In this document: in pieces, positions 29,457-39,404 of the stretch
Layout: each line of letters starts with the position of its first letter
Numbering within the stretch: the first letter of the stretch is position 1
Source: an uncultured Myxococcales bacterium
GTDB taxonomy: Bacteria; Myxococcota_A; UBA9042
Assembly (NCBI GenBank): GCA_903842345.1
Contig: CAIMLR010000017.1
Location: 33,960-97,959 of the forward strand
Length of the DNA stretch: 64,000 nt
Direction: 5' to 3'
Notes under the pieces: model-generated
What the model was told of the DNA's origin: nothing
The model's input: the letters and a program-made list of their open reading frames with translations, nothing else
Databases searched by the model: none
Translations under genes and position numbers: made by a program

Positions 29457-29531
29457 CGCACGCTGCGGCGTGACAGCGAGAAGTCCGGGGCGGTCAAGGT
29501 GGCCGTCCCGGGCTTTTTGCGATGGAGCAAA

Positions 29532-29930
29532 ATGAAGCCATTGGCAAAGAACGCGGGCGACATCCTGGACGCGCTGACAGCGGGACTGGAGATCGGCGGC
29601 GCGCGCAAGATCGACAACGGCACCTACATGGCCGTCCACGTGGACAGGCTGAGCCAGGCGACTTTTAGCGTCGCGCACTACTTCAAGCAGAACGGCGAAC
29701 TGGTGTGCGACCCGGACGGCGTGTTCCTCAAGACCGCCGCCGGCTGGTTGCCCGTGACGCTGCAGCTCAGCACCGGCCATTACACCGTGGCGGTCGAGTT
29801 GGACGGCAACGACAAGCCGACAGGTTGGCGGCCGCGGCAGTACCGCGAGTTGCACTCGTTCGCGGCGATGTGGCTGCGAAACATTCGCGAGCAGCAAGGC
29901 GGACTGCGCAATATCACCGAAAATACATGA
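29532..29930 (+). CDS. Hypothetical protein (132 aa)
   Basis: ORF co-directional with the Ubl-E2-JAB-E1 cluster. No recognisable motif. Confidence 0.45.
   Translation: MKPLAKNAGDILDALTAGLEIGGARKIDNGTYMAVHVDRLSQATFSVAHYFKQNGELVCDPDGVFLKTAAGWLPVTLQLSTGHYTVAVELDGNDKPTGWRPRQYRELHSFAAMWLRNIREQQGGLRNITENT
29906..29927. repeat. Short AT-rich motif copy in reverse orientation (rc: TGTATTTTCGGTGATATTGCGC), overlapping the last codons of the 132-aa ORF
   Basis: GTATTTT-CGGTGATA family. Confidence 0.4.
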
Positions 29931-29993
29931 GGTCTTGGCGTAGGCCGGTGTCGGAGGTTCCGGCGCTGACCCGCGTCTCTATGGAGGTGCGAC

Positions 29994-30602
29994 ATGGACC
30001 AGGAGAAACTGCGGCTGCTGACGCGGCCATTCGCGGACATCAAGAGCCGGCCCGGCCGGAACGGTCAGGCGATCCAGTACGTGGAGGGGCACGCGATCGT
30101 GCAGCGGCTCAACGAGGCGCTCGCGGGCGACTGGTCGTTCCGCGTGCTGGAGCACGACGTGCGCGAGGGCGAGGTCATCGTGCTGGGCGAGCTGCGCGTC
30201 GGCGACACGGTCAAGCAGGCGTTTGGCGGATCGGAAGTGACGCGGACGCGCGAGGGCAAGGTCGTCAGCGTGGCGGATGACCTCAAGGCGGCGGCGACGG
30301 ACGCGCTGAAAAAGGCGGCGACGCTGCTCGGCGTGGGCATGCACGTGTACGTCGCGGAAGAGCCGCCGGCGCAGGTGCACAAGGGACCCAAGCTGGTGGA
30401 AGCGCACGACGAGCCCGACGTGCCGCCGAACAATCGGCTGACGCGCAAGCAGGCAGAGTTCATCGGCACGCTGGCGAAGTCAAACGGCATGGGAAAGCAC
30501 GAAGTGGACGAACTGGCGCAGCGGCGATTCGGCAAGTCGGCGGGATTCTTGACGGTAAAGGAGGCGAGCGAGTTCATTGCGGCGCTGACGGCGGCGGCGT
30601 AG
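29994..30602 (+). CDS. Rad52/Rad22-family single-strand annealing protein (phage-type recombinase)
   Basis: N-terminal motif GQAIQYVEGHAIVQRLNEALAGDWSFRV resembles the Rad52 ssDNA-annealing core (YIEGw.vi..aNeiFGf.GWS). ATG preceded by GGAGG. Confidence 0.55.
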   Translation: MDQEKLRLLTRPFADIKSRPGRNGQAIQYVEGHAIVQRLNEALAGDWSFRVLEHDVREGEVIVLGELRVGDTVKQAFGGSEVTRTREGKVVSVADDLKAAATDALKKAATLLGVGMHVYVAEEPPAQVHKGPKLVEAHDEPDVPPNNRLTRKQAEFIGTLAKSNGMGKHEVDELAQRRFGKSAGFLTVKEASEFIAALTAAA

Positions 30603-30946
30603 CGCGCGCTGGTATTCGCGCGGGTCACAGCGCCGGGAGTGCGAGTGCCGGGCGCGGTGCGCGGCCTGAAGGGGCAAGGTCGGCGAATGCTGATCTTGTT
30701 TCTTAGGTTCAAGCCGTAATCCGGCGCGAGAACTACAAAGCGGTTGAACGTGCCAGCCGAGCAGCAAGATTCTGGCGCTCGATGTCGGATCAATCGCGGC
30801 TGCGCCACGGGCCAACGCCCATTCGTTGTGAAACTGCAGGCCGGTGAGCTGGGTCCAAGTTTTCGTAACATGACCTGCGCAGATTTCGGTGGAGCGGCAG
30901 CTTGTCGCGGGTCGGTTGCGGTGAGGCAAGACGCGCAAGCGCCCGC

Positions 30947-30975
30947 TTGACATGCAACGGGAGATGGCTTACATT
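30947..30975 (+). promoter_or_regulatory. Sigma70-like promoter: TTGACA, 17 nt spacer, TACATT
   Basis: -35 TTGACA at 30947-30952, a 17-nt spacer, -10 TACATT at 30970-30975. Lies 36 nt upstream of the ATG at 31011, which is preceded by AGGAGA. Confidence 0.4.
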
Positions 30976-31010
30976 GGCTGTCGACGCGGCATGCGCCACA
31001 GGAGACAGTC

Positions 31011-31457
31011 ATGGCAGAGTTCATTTCTCAAGAGGTTTTTGCATCTACCACGCCGCGGACGCTGGAACGGACCGCGTTCGTGGAGTCGTTCGATGGCCAG
31101 ATTCGTGGGTCGATCCTCGCATATTTCGCGTCCGACTTGCGCGGCACACAGGTCACGCTGCGTGTCCTTGACGATCTAGGCGAATCGCAGGTCAAGGCTC
31201 TGGCGGAGGCGTCGGTCCGTACGTTTGGCGAGGCCAAGCAATGTATCGGGCTTCGGGTGCCGATCCTGCTGGTGCGAATGTTTGGCGCAGGGCACGTCGC
31301 GACCTACCGCGATCCGGTAAGCAAGAAGGCCTCGACGCGATCCTGTTCCGCCAACTGGCCGAACCTCAAGTGGGTCAGTCGTTACACGCCGCATCAACTC
31401 TCCGAGGCGGCGCGTGGCCAGGTCCAGACTCTTCTCACAAGCGTCGATCGCGTCTAG
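31011..31457 (+). CDS. Hypothetical protein (148 aa)
   Basis: ORF with an RBS and an upstream promoter-like element. Confidence 0.45.
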   Translation: MAEFISQEVFASTTPRTLERTAFVESFDGQIRGSILAYFASDLRGTQVTLRVLDDLGESQVKALAEASVRTFGEAKQCIGLRVPILLVRMFGAGHVATYRDPVSKKASTRSCSANWPNLKWVSRYTPHQLSEAARGQVQTLLTSVDRV

Positions 31458-31499
31458 CCCACCTTCATGCAATCGACCAAACCGAACAGGAGCCCCATC

Positions 31500-32492
31500 A
31501 TGACCCAGATTTCGCACCGCATCTGCCAAGAACACCAGCAAATTCAATATTTTTCCCTACCGGCCGCTACGCCGCAGCACCGACATCGCCACGTCCTGCC
31601 GCACGGGACGAACTGGACGAACCTGTTCACTTCAATCGCGGGTGCAGATGGCACGGCGGACCGCTTCTTCGAGGAGCGGCGGATCAAATGGTGGTCGTCG
31701 CCGGTCACGGGCGATCCGCGCTGGCTGCGTGGGCCGACCCACAACGCGCTGAGCTCGCAAGTCGCGTGCGTCAACGTGCTGCTGCCATTGCGGGAAGACC
31801 CGGACGCGCTCACGGCGATGCTCCAGGCGTTGGATCCGGAAGTCGAGACGGTCGTCGCGGTGAACGACGGCCACACGGAGCGCCCTGCGAGCGTGGAGTT
31901 CGAGTGGGTTGGTGCCAAAGGTCACCGGTCGCTGGAAGGCACGGCGCCGACGCGCGGGCAACGCGTCACGAGCACGGACGCGGTGCTGGTCGCGCGGCTC
32001 AAGAACGGCGCGCTCCGCGGCTACCTGATGGAGTGGAAGTACGTGGAAACAGGCGATGAAGCGGACAAGCGTGCAGGGACGGAGGGCGAGACGCGACGCG
32101 GTCGATATCGCCAGCTGTTTGAGACGGTGTTCAAGACGGACGCGACGCTCGACAACTTCCTCGTCGATCCCGCGTACCAGCTGATGCGCCTCTCCCTGCT
32201 CGCGCGCCAGGTCCTCGACAAACAGCAGCTGCCGGGCGTGACCAGCATGCGGACGGTGCTTGTGTGCCCGCGCGAGAACTTCGCGTATCGCAAACTGCGC
32301 GCGGATGGCCTCCTTCGAGCGCGTTTTCAGGTCGATACGCTCGTCGAAGTGATGCGCGCCGGGCTGCGGGAGCCGCAGACTTTCATTGACACGTCGCCCG
32401 CAGAGTTGGTGCAGGCCGTGCGACGGGCACGAACGCCTGGCACCGACCGCGTGACTTGGCTCGCATACATGGCTCATCGCTACGGCTGGTGA
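31500..32492 (+). CDS. Hypothetical protein, possible PD-(D/E)xK nuclease fold
   Basis: D...GYLMEWKYVE suggests a D/ExK motif. ATG at 31500 preceded by AGGAG. The track start is 31467. Confidence 0.4.
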   Translation: MTQISHRICQEHQQIQYFSLPAATPQHRHRHVLPHGTNWTNLFTSIAGADGTADRFFEERRIKWWSSPVTGDPRWLRGPTHNALSSQVACVNVLLPLREDPDALTAMLQALDPEVETVVAVNDGHTERPASVEFEWVGAKGHRSLEGTAPTRGQRVTSTDAVLVARLKNGALRGYLMEWKYVETGDEADKRAGTEGETRRGRYRQLFETVFKTDATLDNFLVDPAYQLMRLSLLARQVLDKQQLPGVTSMRTVLVCPRENFAYRKLRADGLLRARFQVDTLVEVMRAGLREPQTFIDTSPAELVQAVRRARTPGTDRVTWLAYMAHRYGW

Positions 32493-32580
32493 TGCGGCCG
32501 GCGGCCACCACCTGATTGCGCGCCGAGAGCCTTCCAGGACGCACTGGATGACGCTGACGCGCGACAGGATGCGCAACGTG

Positions 32581-32937
32581 CTGCGCCAGTAGCCGCTCTG
32601 AACGCCGCCGCGTAGCTGGCCAAGGCGGGGACAGACCGACCTGCCGGGAAAAACTCCAGGGTATTGAACTCACCGACGCCGTATCCATCATAATATCCAG
32701 CCAGTAGCAGACATGAACGTCAAGCTGGCGCCGTGCAGGCGCTGCGTGCAACGTGTAGACCGTAGTGCGGCCGCGTGCCGCGCCTGCGCCTGAACACCAC
32801 AAAATCAGGCGATTCTGCGCGCAGCTCGGCCTTGACGGGCTCGCTGGACCGGTCAAACTCGACTTCAGGCGGCGTGCTGGCGGGTCCTGCGTTGGCGGAG
32901 GGCAGTATGGAGGCGGCGAATAGCGAAGCGAGACCCC
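32581..32937. repeat. R1: ~360-bp composite repeat (copy 1 of 4) immediately upstream of the 1261-aa ORF
   Basis: Shares with 37029-37430 and 38361-38768 these blocks: gcgccagtagccg..., ataatatccagccagtagc(c/a)gac, gaacacc(c/a)(g/c)aaaat(g/c)a, ccttgacggg(c)(c/t)cgctggaccgg, tcgacttcaggcggcg(c/t)gctgg, ggcgaat(g/a)gcgaagcgagaccc. Confidence 0.6.
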
Positions 32938-33064
32938 ATGGGACTTACTACTCGCCCCCAGCAAATGAACGTTTCGTCTCAGCTGATGGAGATGATCGAG
33001 CGTCGCGTCGACTTCACTGGGATGGTGCTCTGTGGTGAGTTGGAGCAACTCGAAGGAATTGTCG

Positions 33065-36000
33065 ATGCCATACACGCACCTCGCCGACGCCGCCGATTTG
33101 AACTTGTGGGCGGCGCATCGTCACGCGGCCGCGGCGCTGCTACCAAAGCTGGTTCGGCGTCTAATCTTGCAGACGACCGACAGCGCCGAACGCGTTGAAT
33201 TCCGCGCGGGTGAAGGCGTCTACCTTCCTGGCTGGGACGGCGTCGTGTTGGCGGCCGCTGCGACCGCTTTCGTACCGCAAGGCGCATCCGTCTGGGAAAT
33301 GGGCGTCGGCGACCCCGGCGGCAAAGCGAACGAAGACTACAGCAAACGCACGGCAGACCCGCGTGGCGTCACCCTCGCCGACACGACTTTCGTATTCGTC
33401 ACGCCGCGTCGATGGCCAGGCAAGTCGGCGTGGCTTTCCGACCGCACTGCCGATGGGCTCTGGCGGTCGGTGCGAGCCTTCGATGCCGACGATTTGGAGA
33501 CATGGCTTGAGCACGCGCCGTCCGTCCACCTGTGGGTCTCTGCGCTCGTCGGCAAGCCTTCCGATGGCGTTCAGTCGTTGGACGACTGGTGGTCGGGGTG
33601 GTCAGCCGTGACCAATCCGCAAACGCCGGCGGCGCTACTTCTCGCGGGACGCGAAGACCAAGCCCAACGCATTCAGGCGTGGCGCGACGGCGACGGTTTC
33701 TCGCTGACCATCCGCGCGGACGCGCCCGACGAGGGCGTTGCATTCCTTGCGGCCCACGCGCAGGCGATCTCGGACGATACAAACCGCGAGCGGATCTTCG
33801 CTTCGACGTTGGTCGTCACCAGCGAGGCCGTCTGGACTCGGCTATGCAAGACGGCGACGCCGCTCGTGCTGGTGCAGCTCTTCCAATCGACCAGTGCGGT
33901 AGGGCAGGCACGCCGCGGGCACCGCGTTGTCGTTCCATCAGGCCGCGTCTCCAAGACCGCCGGAACCGCAATTGATCTGCCACGGATTTCGCGCGGGCCA
34001 GCCGAAGAGGCCCTGCGCAAAGCCGGTCTGACGGAACACCAAGCAACACCGCTCGCCGGCATCGCGCGGCGGAGCCTCACCGCTTTTCGCAGGAACCTGT
34101 CAGATGGCGCGGCGACTCCCGTCTGGGCGAGCCCCTCCGACGCGCGCACGCTGCTTCCTGCGCTTCTCCTTGGCCGTTGGCGGGACGCCGTTCCGGGTGA
34201 CGTCGCCGCCGTGGAGCGTCTCGCTCGCGTGTCATACGTGGACGCGATTGCTCCGCTCCGCCGGTGGTCGCTGGAGCCGGATCCGCCGATTCGGCAAGTC
34301 GCCGGGACTTGGTATTTGACCGCTCCCGAGGATGCGTGGTCTTGGCTCGCCCCGTCCCTTCTCGCGGCCGACCTCGACGCGTTCACAGAGCTGGCCGGCG
34401 ACGTGCTAGCCGCAGTGGACCCGAAGTTCGACCTTGCCGACCACGAACAGTGGCTGGCTCGTACTCGTGGACTGGTCGCCGTGCATTCTGAGCAACTGCG
34501 GATAGGGATCGCGCAAACGCTGGCGCTGATGGCGACCCGTGCAGATGAAGCGCACGCGGGCCTGGGTTTGCCGACCCGCGCGGCGATGGTCGTTCGGTCA
34601 GTTCTTGACCGCGCGCATGCTGACTGGCGGGTCTGGGCGACGCTTGGTCGCGCGCTTTCGGTGCTTGTCGAGGCGGCACCCGACGAGTTCCTGGGTGCCG
34701 TCGGTCGTGGCCTAGCAGGAGAACCACCGCCGCTGCGGGCAATCTTCCGCGACGCCGCTAGCTCACTGTTTGGCGAATCTCCCCATCCGAGCGTGATCTG
34801 GGCGCTGGAAACGCTCGCGTGGAGCACCGGGCACCTTTCAGCCGCTACTCTGGCGCTCGCCGGACTCGCGCGCATCGACCCGGGTGGAAAGCTGGCGAAT
34901 CGACCGGGACACAGCCTCCGGACCATCTTCCTGCTGTGGATGCCGCAGACTTCGGCCTCAATGGAACGTCGCCTCGAAGCCATCGACCTGCTCCGGCAGC
35001 GTGAGCCCACCGTTGCATGGAAGCTGATGTGCGACATCATGCCGACCGGCCACGACACCAGTTCGCATACGACGCGTCCGACGTGGCGCGACTGGGCGCC
35101 CGACGGAGAGATGGCGGTGTTGCATGCGGAAATGCTGAAGGGCTGGCGCGCGATACTGGATCGCCTGCTTCAGGATGTTGGCGTCGACGGCGTTCGATGG
35201 GCGGTGCTCGTGGACAAGCTCCAGTCGTTGCCGCAGGAATGGCGTGCCGATGTCGTGTCGCCCCTCGCGGCCCTCTCGAACGTGCCCTCGACGGTCTTGG
35301 AACCGAGGAATTTGCAGCGTGCAATCCGCCAGTTGGTCGGATTCCACAGGTCACATTCACATGCTGACTGGACACTGCCGCCGGCCCTCCTCGAATCGCT
35401 GGCCGCTGTTCACCAACGACTGGACCCAGTCGACCCGGTCGAGCGATACATGTGGCTGTTTGCGGCGGGCGCGCGCCTGCTGGACGGCTCGGAGTCGGAT
35501 GACTGGCGCAAAGAGCAGGAGGAGATCCAAGCGGCTCGTCAGGCTGCGATTCGAGAAGTCTTTTCCGCGGGTGGACATGCCGGCGTTGTGGCGCTTGCAC
35601 AGGCTGCCTCGATCCCTGAACTCGTCGGGTTCAGCTCCGGTCGTGTGGGCGTACTGACGGATGTCGAAGACAGAATTCTGAGCGAAGGGCTGGCGGCGTC
35701 CGATCCTGGGACCTCGTCGTTTGCATTCGGCTTGCTCAAAGGCCGCGCGTCCGTCGGCGGACAGCACTGGCTGGCCGGCCAGCTCGCAGGCGCTTCCGCG
35801 AACTGGACTCCCGACGCCCGGGCGTGTGTGCTCATGCTCGTGACGCCTGGCCCGACCGCCTGGGCAGCGGCAGATGCGTTTGGACGCGACACAGCACGCG
35901 CCTATTGGAAGCGCATCCCCTATTTCCACGTCGGCGAACTCACGAACGCAGCGGCCGCGGCATCGCTGTTTGTCGAGCACGGGCGTCCGTTTAGCGCGGT

Positions 36001-36850
36001 CGACCTTGTCGCGGCCGCCCTGTACCAGAACGTTTCGCTGGAACCGTCCACGGTCTTGGGAGTTTTGACCGCGGCGCTGACACCAGCGCCGGTCGAAGAG
36101 CCGCAGTCAGATGGCTTCGCCGACCATGTACTCAAGCTGATGGAGTCGGTTCAGGTGGCGCCGGAATTGGAGGATGATGCGGTCGCGCGCGTCGAGTGGC
36201 TCGGCATCCGCTTTTTCCGCCACTCGCACCGCGGGCATCGACCAGTTCGTCTCCACCGCGCGATGAGCCGCGACCCAGACGTGTTCATCTCGGCGCTCAA
36301 ACTGGTCTTCACGGGCGACGACATCCAAGCGGCCGACCACGACATCGGTCGAAACGAAGCGGCGGCCCACAACGCGTACGAACTTCTGTCCTCGTGGCGC
36401 GTGCTGCCTGGCAGCCAAGACGACGGATCGATCGACGGCGCTGCTCTGCTCGCTTGGGTGCGGAGCGCGCGTCAGTTGGCCGCGGCCTGCGGCCGGACCG
36501 GTATCGCCGATGACCAGATTGGCGCCATGTTGTCCGGCTCACCCGCGGACCCCGACGGCGCGTGGCCGCACCCGTCGGTTGCTGCGGTGATCGACGAAAT
36601 CTCCACCGAGGCCATGGACAGCGGTTTCCGTTGCGGAATCTTCAATTCCCGTGGCGTCTCGTCACGCCGCCTCTTCGAGGGCGGGGTGCAGGAACGGTCG
36701 CTCGCGGACACCTACCGCGAACGGGCCGCTGCGCTGTCGTCGCGATGGCCACGGACGGCGTCCGTTCTGCGCGCTCTCGCCGATACCTACGCTCGCCACG
36801 CAACGAGCGAGGACGAGGAAGCCGAGCGCGACCAAGACCTGGGATACTGA
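33065..36850 (+). CDS. Large hypothetical protein (1261 aa), orphan
   Basis: A long uninterrupted ORF with codon usage consistent with the host. ATG at 33065 preceded by GAAGGAA. No motif recognised by eye. Confidence 0.55.
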   Translation: MPYTHLADAADLNLWAAHRHAAAALLPKLVRRLILQTTDSAERVEFRAGEGVYLPGWDGVVLAAAATAFVPQGASVWEMGVGDPGGKANEDYSKRTADPRGVTLADTTFVFVTPRRWPGKSAWLSDRTADGLWRSVRAFDADDLETWLEHAPSVHLWVSALVGKPSDGVQSLDDWWSGWSAVTNPQTPAALLLAGREDQAQRIQAWRDGDGFSLTIRADAPDEGVAFLAAHAQAISDDTNRERIFASTLVVTSEAVWTRLCKTATPLVLVQLFQSTSAVGQARRGHRVVVPSGRVSKTAGTAIDLPRISRGPAEEALRKAGLTEHQATPLAGIARRSLTAFRRNLSDGAATPVWASPSDARTLLPALLLGRWRDAVPGDVAAVERLARVSYVDAIAPLRRWSLEPDPPIRQVAGTWYLTAPEDAWSWLAPSLLAADLDAFTELAGDVLAAVDPKFDLADHEQWLARTRGLVAVHSEQLRIGIAQTLALMATRADEAHAGLGLPTRAAMVVRSVLDRAHADWRVWATLGRALSVLVEAAPDEFLGAVGRGLAGEPPPLRAIFRDAASSLFGESPHPSVIWALETLAWSTGHLSAATLALAGLARIDPGGKLANRPGHSLRTIFLLWMPQTSASMERRLEAIDLLRQREPTVAWKLMCDIMPTGHDTSSHTTRPTWRDWAPDGEMAVLHAEMLKGWRAILDRLLQDVGVDGVRWAVLVDKLQSLPQEWRADVVSPLAALSNVPSTVLEPRNLQRAIRQLVGFHRSHSHADWTLPPALLESLAAVHQRLDPVDPVERYMWLFAAGARLLDGSESDDWRKEQEEIQAARQAAIREVFSAGGHAGVVALAQAASIPELVGFSSGRVGVLTDVEDRILSEGLAASDPGTSSFAFGLLKGRASVGGQHWLAGQLAGASANWTPDARACVLMLVTPGPTAWAAADAFGRDTARAYWKRIPYFHVGELTNAAAAASLFVEHGRPFSAVDLVAAALYQNVSLEPSTVLGVLTAALTPAPVEEPQSDGFADHVLKLMESVQVAPELEDDAVARVEWLGIRFFRHSHRGHRPVRLHRAMSRDPDVFISALKLVFTGDDIQAADHDIGRNEAAAHNAYELLSSWRVLPGSQDDGSIDGAALLAWVRSARQLAAACGRTGIADDQIGAMLSGSPADPDGAWPHPSVAAVIDEISTEAMDSGFRCGIFNSRGVSSRRLFEGGVQERSLADTYRERAAALSSRWPRTASVLRALADTYARHATSEDEEAERDQDLGY

Positions 36851-37028
36851 CACAAGCATCGCCCCGGGGACCTGTGAGGCACCCCCGCGCCGGAATCGAC
36901 TCAGCCCCTGGTCTGCCTCAGCTCGGTCAGGCGGCGGAGCGCGGCTCGCTGCGTGGCGGCATCCACGGGCGTTTGATTTACGGCGCTTGCGTACTGGGTG
37001 TGCAGCCATGCCATGACACCTTCGCCTT

Positions 37029-37430
37029 TGCGCCAGTAGCCGACCTCGACGCCTTGGACGACTCTGCGTAGCCGGCACGGCGGGGACAGACCGACCCGCC
37101 GCGAAAAAAGTTCGTGGCCGTGAAGTCGTGACGTCGTATCCGTCATAATATCCAGCCAGTAGCCGACATGAACGTCGAGCTGGCGCCGCACAGGCGCTTA
37201 CGTGCAGCGTGTGGACCGGTAGACCGGCCGCGCGTGCACAACTGCGGCTGAACACCCGAAAATGACGCCGTTCTGAGCCACTGCTAAGGCCACTGCTAAG
37301 GCCTTGACGGGCCCGCTGGACCGGGCTAACTCGACTTCAGGCGGCGCGCTGGACGGTCCGGTGTCTGAAAAGGAACTCAATGTGGGTGGCGAATGGCGAA
37401 GCGAGACCCGTTCCTATCTCCTATCAGCCG
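37029..37430. repeat. R2: ~400-bp composite repeat (copy 2 of 4) upstream of the 275-aa ORF
   Basis: Same conserved blocks as R1/R3. Ends with ggcgaatggcgaagcgagaccc...cctatcagccg. Confidence 0.6.
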
Positions 37431-37492
37431 GCCAATTTGTCTCGTCTGCCAAGGCGATGTTTCATCAACTAGATTGAACGGCGAGGCCTCCT

Positions 37493-38320
37493 TTGGTCGA
37501 ATCTGTGAACAGAAATCCCAATGAAATTGCTAATGACTGGCAGATGCGGTCGTGGCGCCCGCTCCTCGTCGTTGATGAAGCACGCGCACAGACCAACCCC
37601 ATCGGTCGTGAATGGGTTGGGTTCTTCTGCGTGGTGACCACCGTGGGTCAGGCTTGCCGTTTCCTCCAAGAATTCCAGTCGATCCGGGAATCGCTTCACG
37701 CCACGGACGTCTCGTACAAGTCTGTGAACCTGCATCGCAAATCGAATCCAAGACGCCACCAGCAGATTCTAAGTTTCCTTGAATCCGAAACGGCGGCGAT
37801 GCCATGGTACGTGGCAATGACCACGCAACATCAACTCGATCGGATGCGTGACGATTCGGTGAAGGCAAGGCTCACAATCGGGAACCCGCATCCAGATCGG
37901 CCTGCCGAAATCGGTGGTCGCGAACTCTTGCCTGCAGCGACGATGATGCGGGAAGTTGCACTGCGGCGTGGGTATGTCAACGAGCAAGTGGATGTTCTTA
38001 TTGACCGATCCAAGCAGTTTGGACTCGACCCAAAGACGCGGAATCTTCCTCCAAACGTATTCGAGGTGCTCGGTCCGGGAAGCTTCAACGCCGGACCAGG
38101 GGGCGTGGCCTTGGACCCGTACTGCCCAGCCGAGTTCCGCCTGATTGCCGCGTCCGACCAGACACCGGGGTTGCGGGATCTTCTGCTGCTTCCGGACTTT
38201 GTCGGATACCGGAACCGTCTCCGACTGCATGAGGAGTACAAGGCACATCCAGAAACCGACAATCATTACATGTGGTTCAAGACGCGCGACGACATTTCTA
38301 ACTGGCCGACAATCAAATAG
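37493..38320 (+). CDS. Hypothetical protein (275 aa), lower GC than its surroundings
   Basis: ORF directly after R2. Visibly more AT-rich codons (aatgaaattgctaatgactgg...). Confidence 0.45.
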   Translation: MVESVNRNPNEIANDWQMRSWRPLLVVDEARAQTNPIGREWVGFFCVVTTVGQACRFLQEFQSIRESLHATDVSYKSVNLHRKSNPRRHQQILSFLESETAAMPWYVAMTTQHQLDRMRDDSVKARLTIGNPHPDRPAEIGGRELLPAATMMREVALRRGYVNEQVDVLIDRSKQFGLDPKTRNLPPNVFEVLGPGSFNAGPGGVALDPYCPAEFRLIAASDQTPGLRDLLLLPDFVGYRNRLRLHEEYKAHPETDNHYMWFKTRDDISNWPTIK

Positions 38321-38360
38321 CTTTCCGTCCGCTCAGGTAAACCTTGAAATGAAAGAGCCA

Positions 38361-38768
38361 CTGCGCCAGTAGCCGACTTGGACACCTTGGACGACGCTGG
38401 GTAGCGCCGCAGCGTCTTGACGGACGCGTGCTGGCCAAGGCCGGGACCGCCAGACCTACGGGGAAAAGTCCCACGGCGGTGAAGTCGCCGACGCCGTATC
38501 CGCCATAATATCCAGCCAGTAGCCGACGTGCGTCGCCGCGCAGGCGCGGATGAGGAACGTGTGGACCGGTAGCCCGGCCGCCGGCGCACTGCTGCATCTG
38601 AACACCCGAAATGACGTCATTCTGAGCCATTGCGGCCCTTGACGGGGGCGCTGGAGCGCCCGAAACTGGCCGTCAGGCGTGGCGCTGGACGGTCCGGGGC
38701 TGCCAAGAAGCTGGATGGGTGCGGCGAATGGCGAAGCGAGACCCCATCGCACGTCCTATCAGCCGCAG
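38361..38768. repeat. R3: ~400-bp composite repeat (copy 3 of 4) upstream of the GNAT gene
   Basis: Same conserved blocks. Ends ggcgaatggcgaagcgagaccccatcgcacgtcctatcagccg, 13 nt before the GNAT ATG. Confidence 0.6.
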
Positions 38769-38780
38769 GCGATTTGAGCA

Positions 38781-39173
38781 ATGAAGATTCAGGAAATCGA
38801 GGCCGCGCAACTGCGCAATGCCGCTTTGCAAGCGCGTGCCACCATTGGCGGCGTTACGTCTTGCACTCGACTGTTCGCCGCGACGGAGAACGGCGTTGAA
38901 GTCGGTTTCCTTTCTCTCGATTTCAAACGGCCACCCGCTGACCTCGAAATCTATGAAATCTTTGTGATTGTGGGCCATCGCCAGAGATCTGTTGGAAATT
39001 CACTTTTGGCCCACGCGGAGGAATTAGCCCGCAAAAATGGATACTCACATGTGTTGTTGAAACCAAAGCCGCTTGACACGACCATTTCGGAAGACGACTT
39101 GATCGGGTGGTACACGCGGAAGGGATTTGTAACACATCCGGCCGCAGAGTGCCTCCTTCGTAAATCAATATGA
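38781..39173 (+). CDS. GNAT-family N-acetyltransferase
   Basis: 130 aa. Acetyl-CoA-binding-like segment IFVIVGHRQRSVGNSLLAHAEELARKNGYSHVLLKPKP. Confidence 0.65.
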   Translation: MKIQEIEAAQLRNAALQARATIGGVTSCTRLFAATENGVEVGFLSLDFKRPPADLEIYEIFVIVGHRQRSVGNSLLAHAEELARKNGYSHVLLKPKPLDTTISEDDLIGWYTRKGFVTHPAAECLLRKSI

Positions 39174-39215
39174 ACGACCACGTGCGGCGCGAACTCCGGC
39201 TGCCACCACTCGGAC

Positions 39216-39404
39216 GTGAAAAGCGGCAGTTCCAGCGACTCCAACGCGTTCAGGTCCGGCGACCACTGCCACTTTGGCAACTGCGTTGGCAGCAACATCA
39301 GCTGCAACGACAGCAACCCGTGCACCACCGGCGCGCGCAGTCCGGCCACCGGCTGCACCCACGCGCTCCAGGGCGGCACGAGCTGCGGCAGCGGCAATTA
39401 TTGC
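39216..39404 (+). pseudogene. Fragment of a Myxo-type Cys-rich repeat gene (CNDSNPCTTGAR...CTHALQGGTSCGSGNYCA), abutted by repeat copy R4
   Basis: Its translation resembles the CxDGNxCTxDxC repeats of the giant protein at 41188-47064, but only ~1.5 repeat units are present, with no signal peptide or C-terminal domain. The ORF continues into repeat-derived sequence. Confidence 0.3.

Noticed and set aside
30690-30730. tRNA-like T-loop-like string (aGGTTCAAGCCgtaatcc) that could mark a prophage att site
   Set aside because: No acceptor or T-stem complementarity and no CCA-compatible 3' end could be built around it. Most likely a chance match.
32383-38752. Minus-strand ORFs over the R repeats with conserved ...HVGYWLDIM.DT.S... 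peptides
   Set aside because: The conservation comes from nucleotide-level repeat identity. The copies differ by indels that break the frame, and the ORFs lack starts and RBSs in consistent places. They are treated as non-coding repeat sequence.
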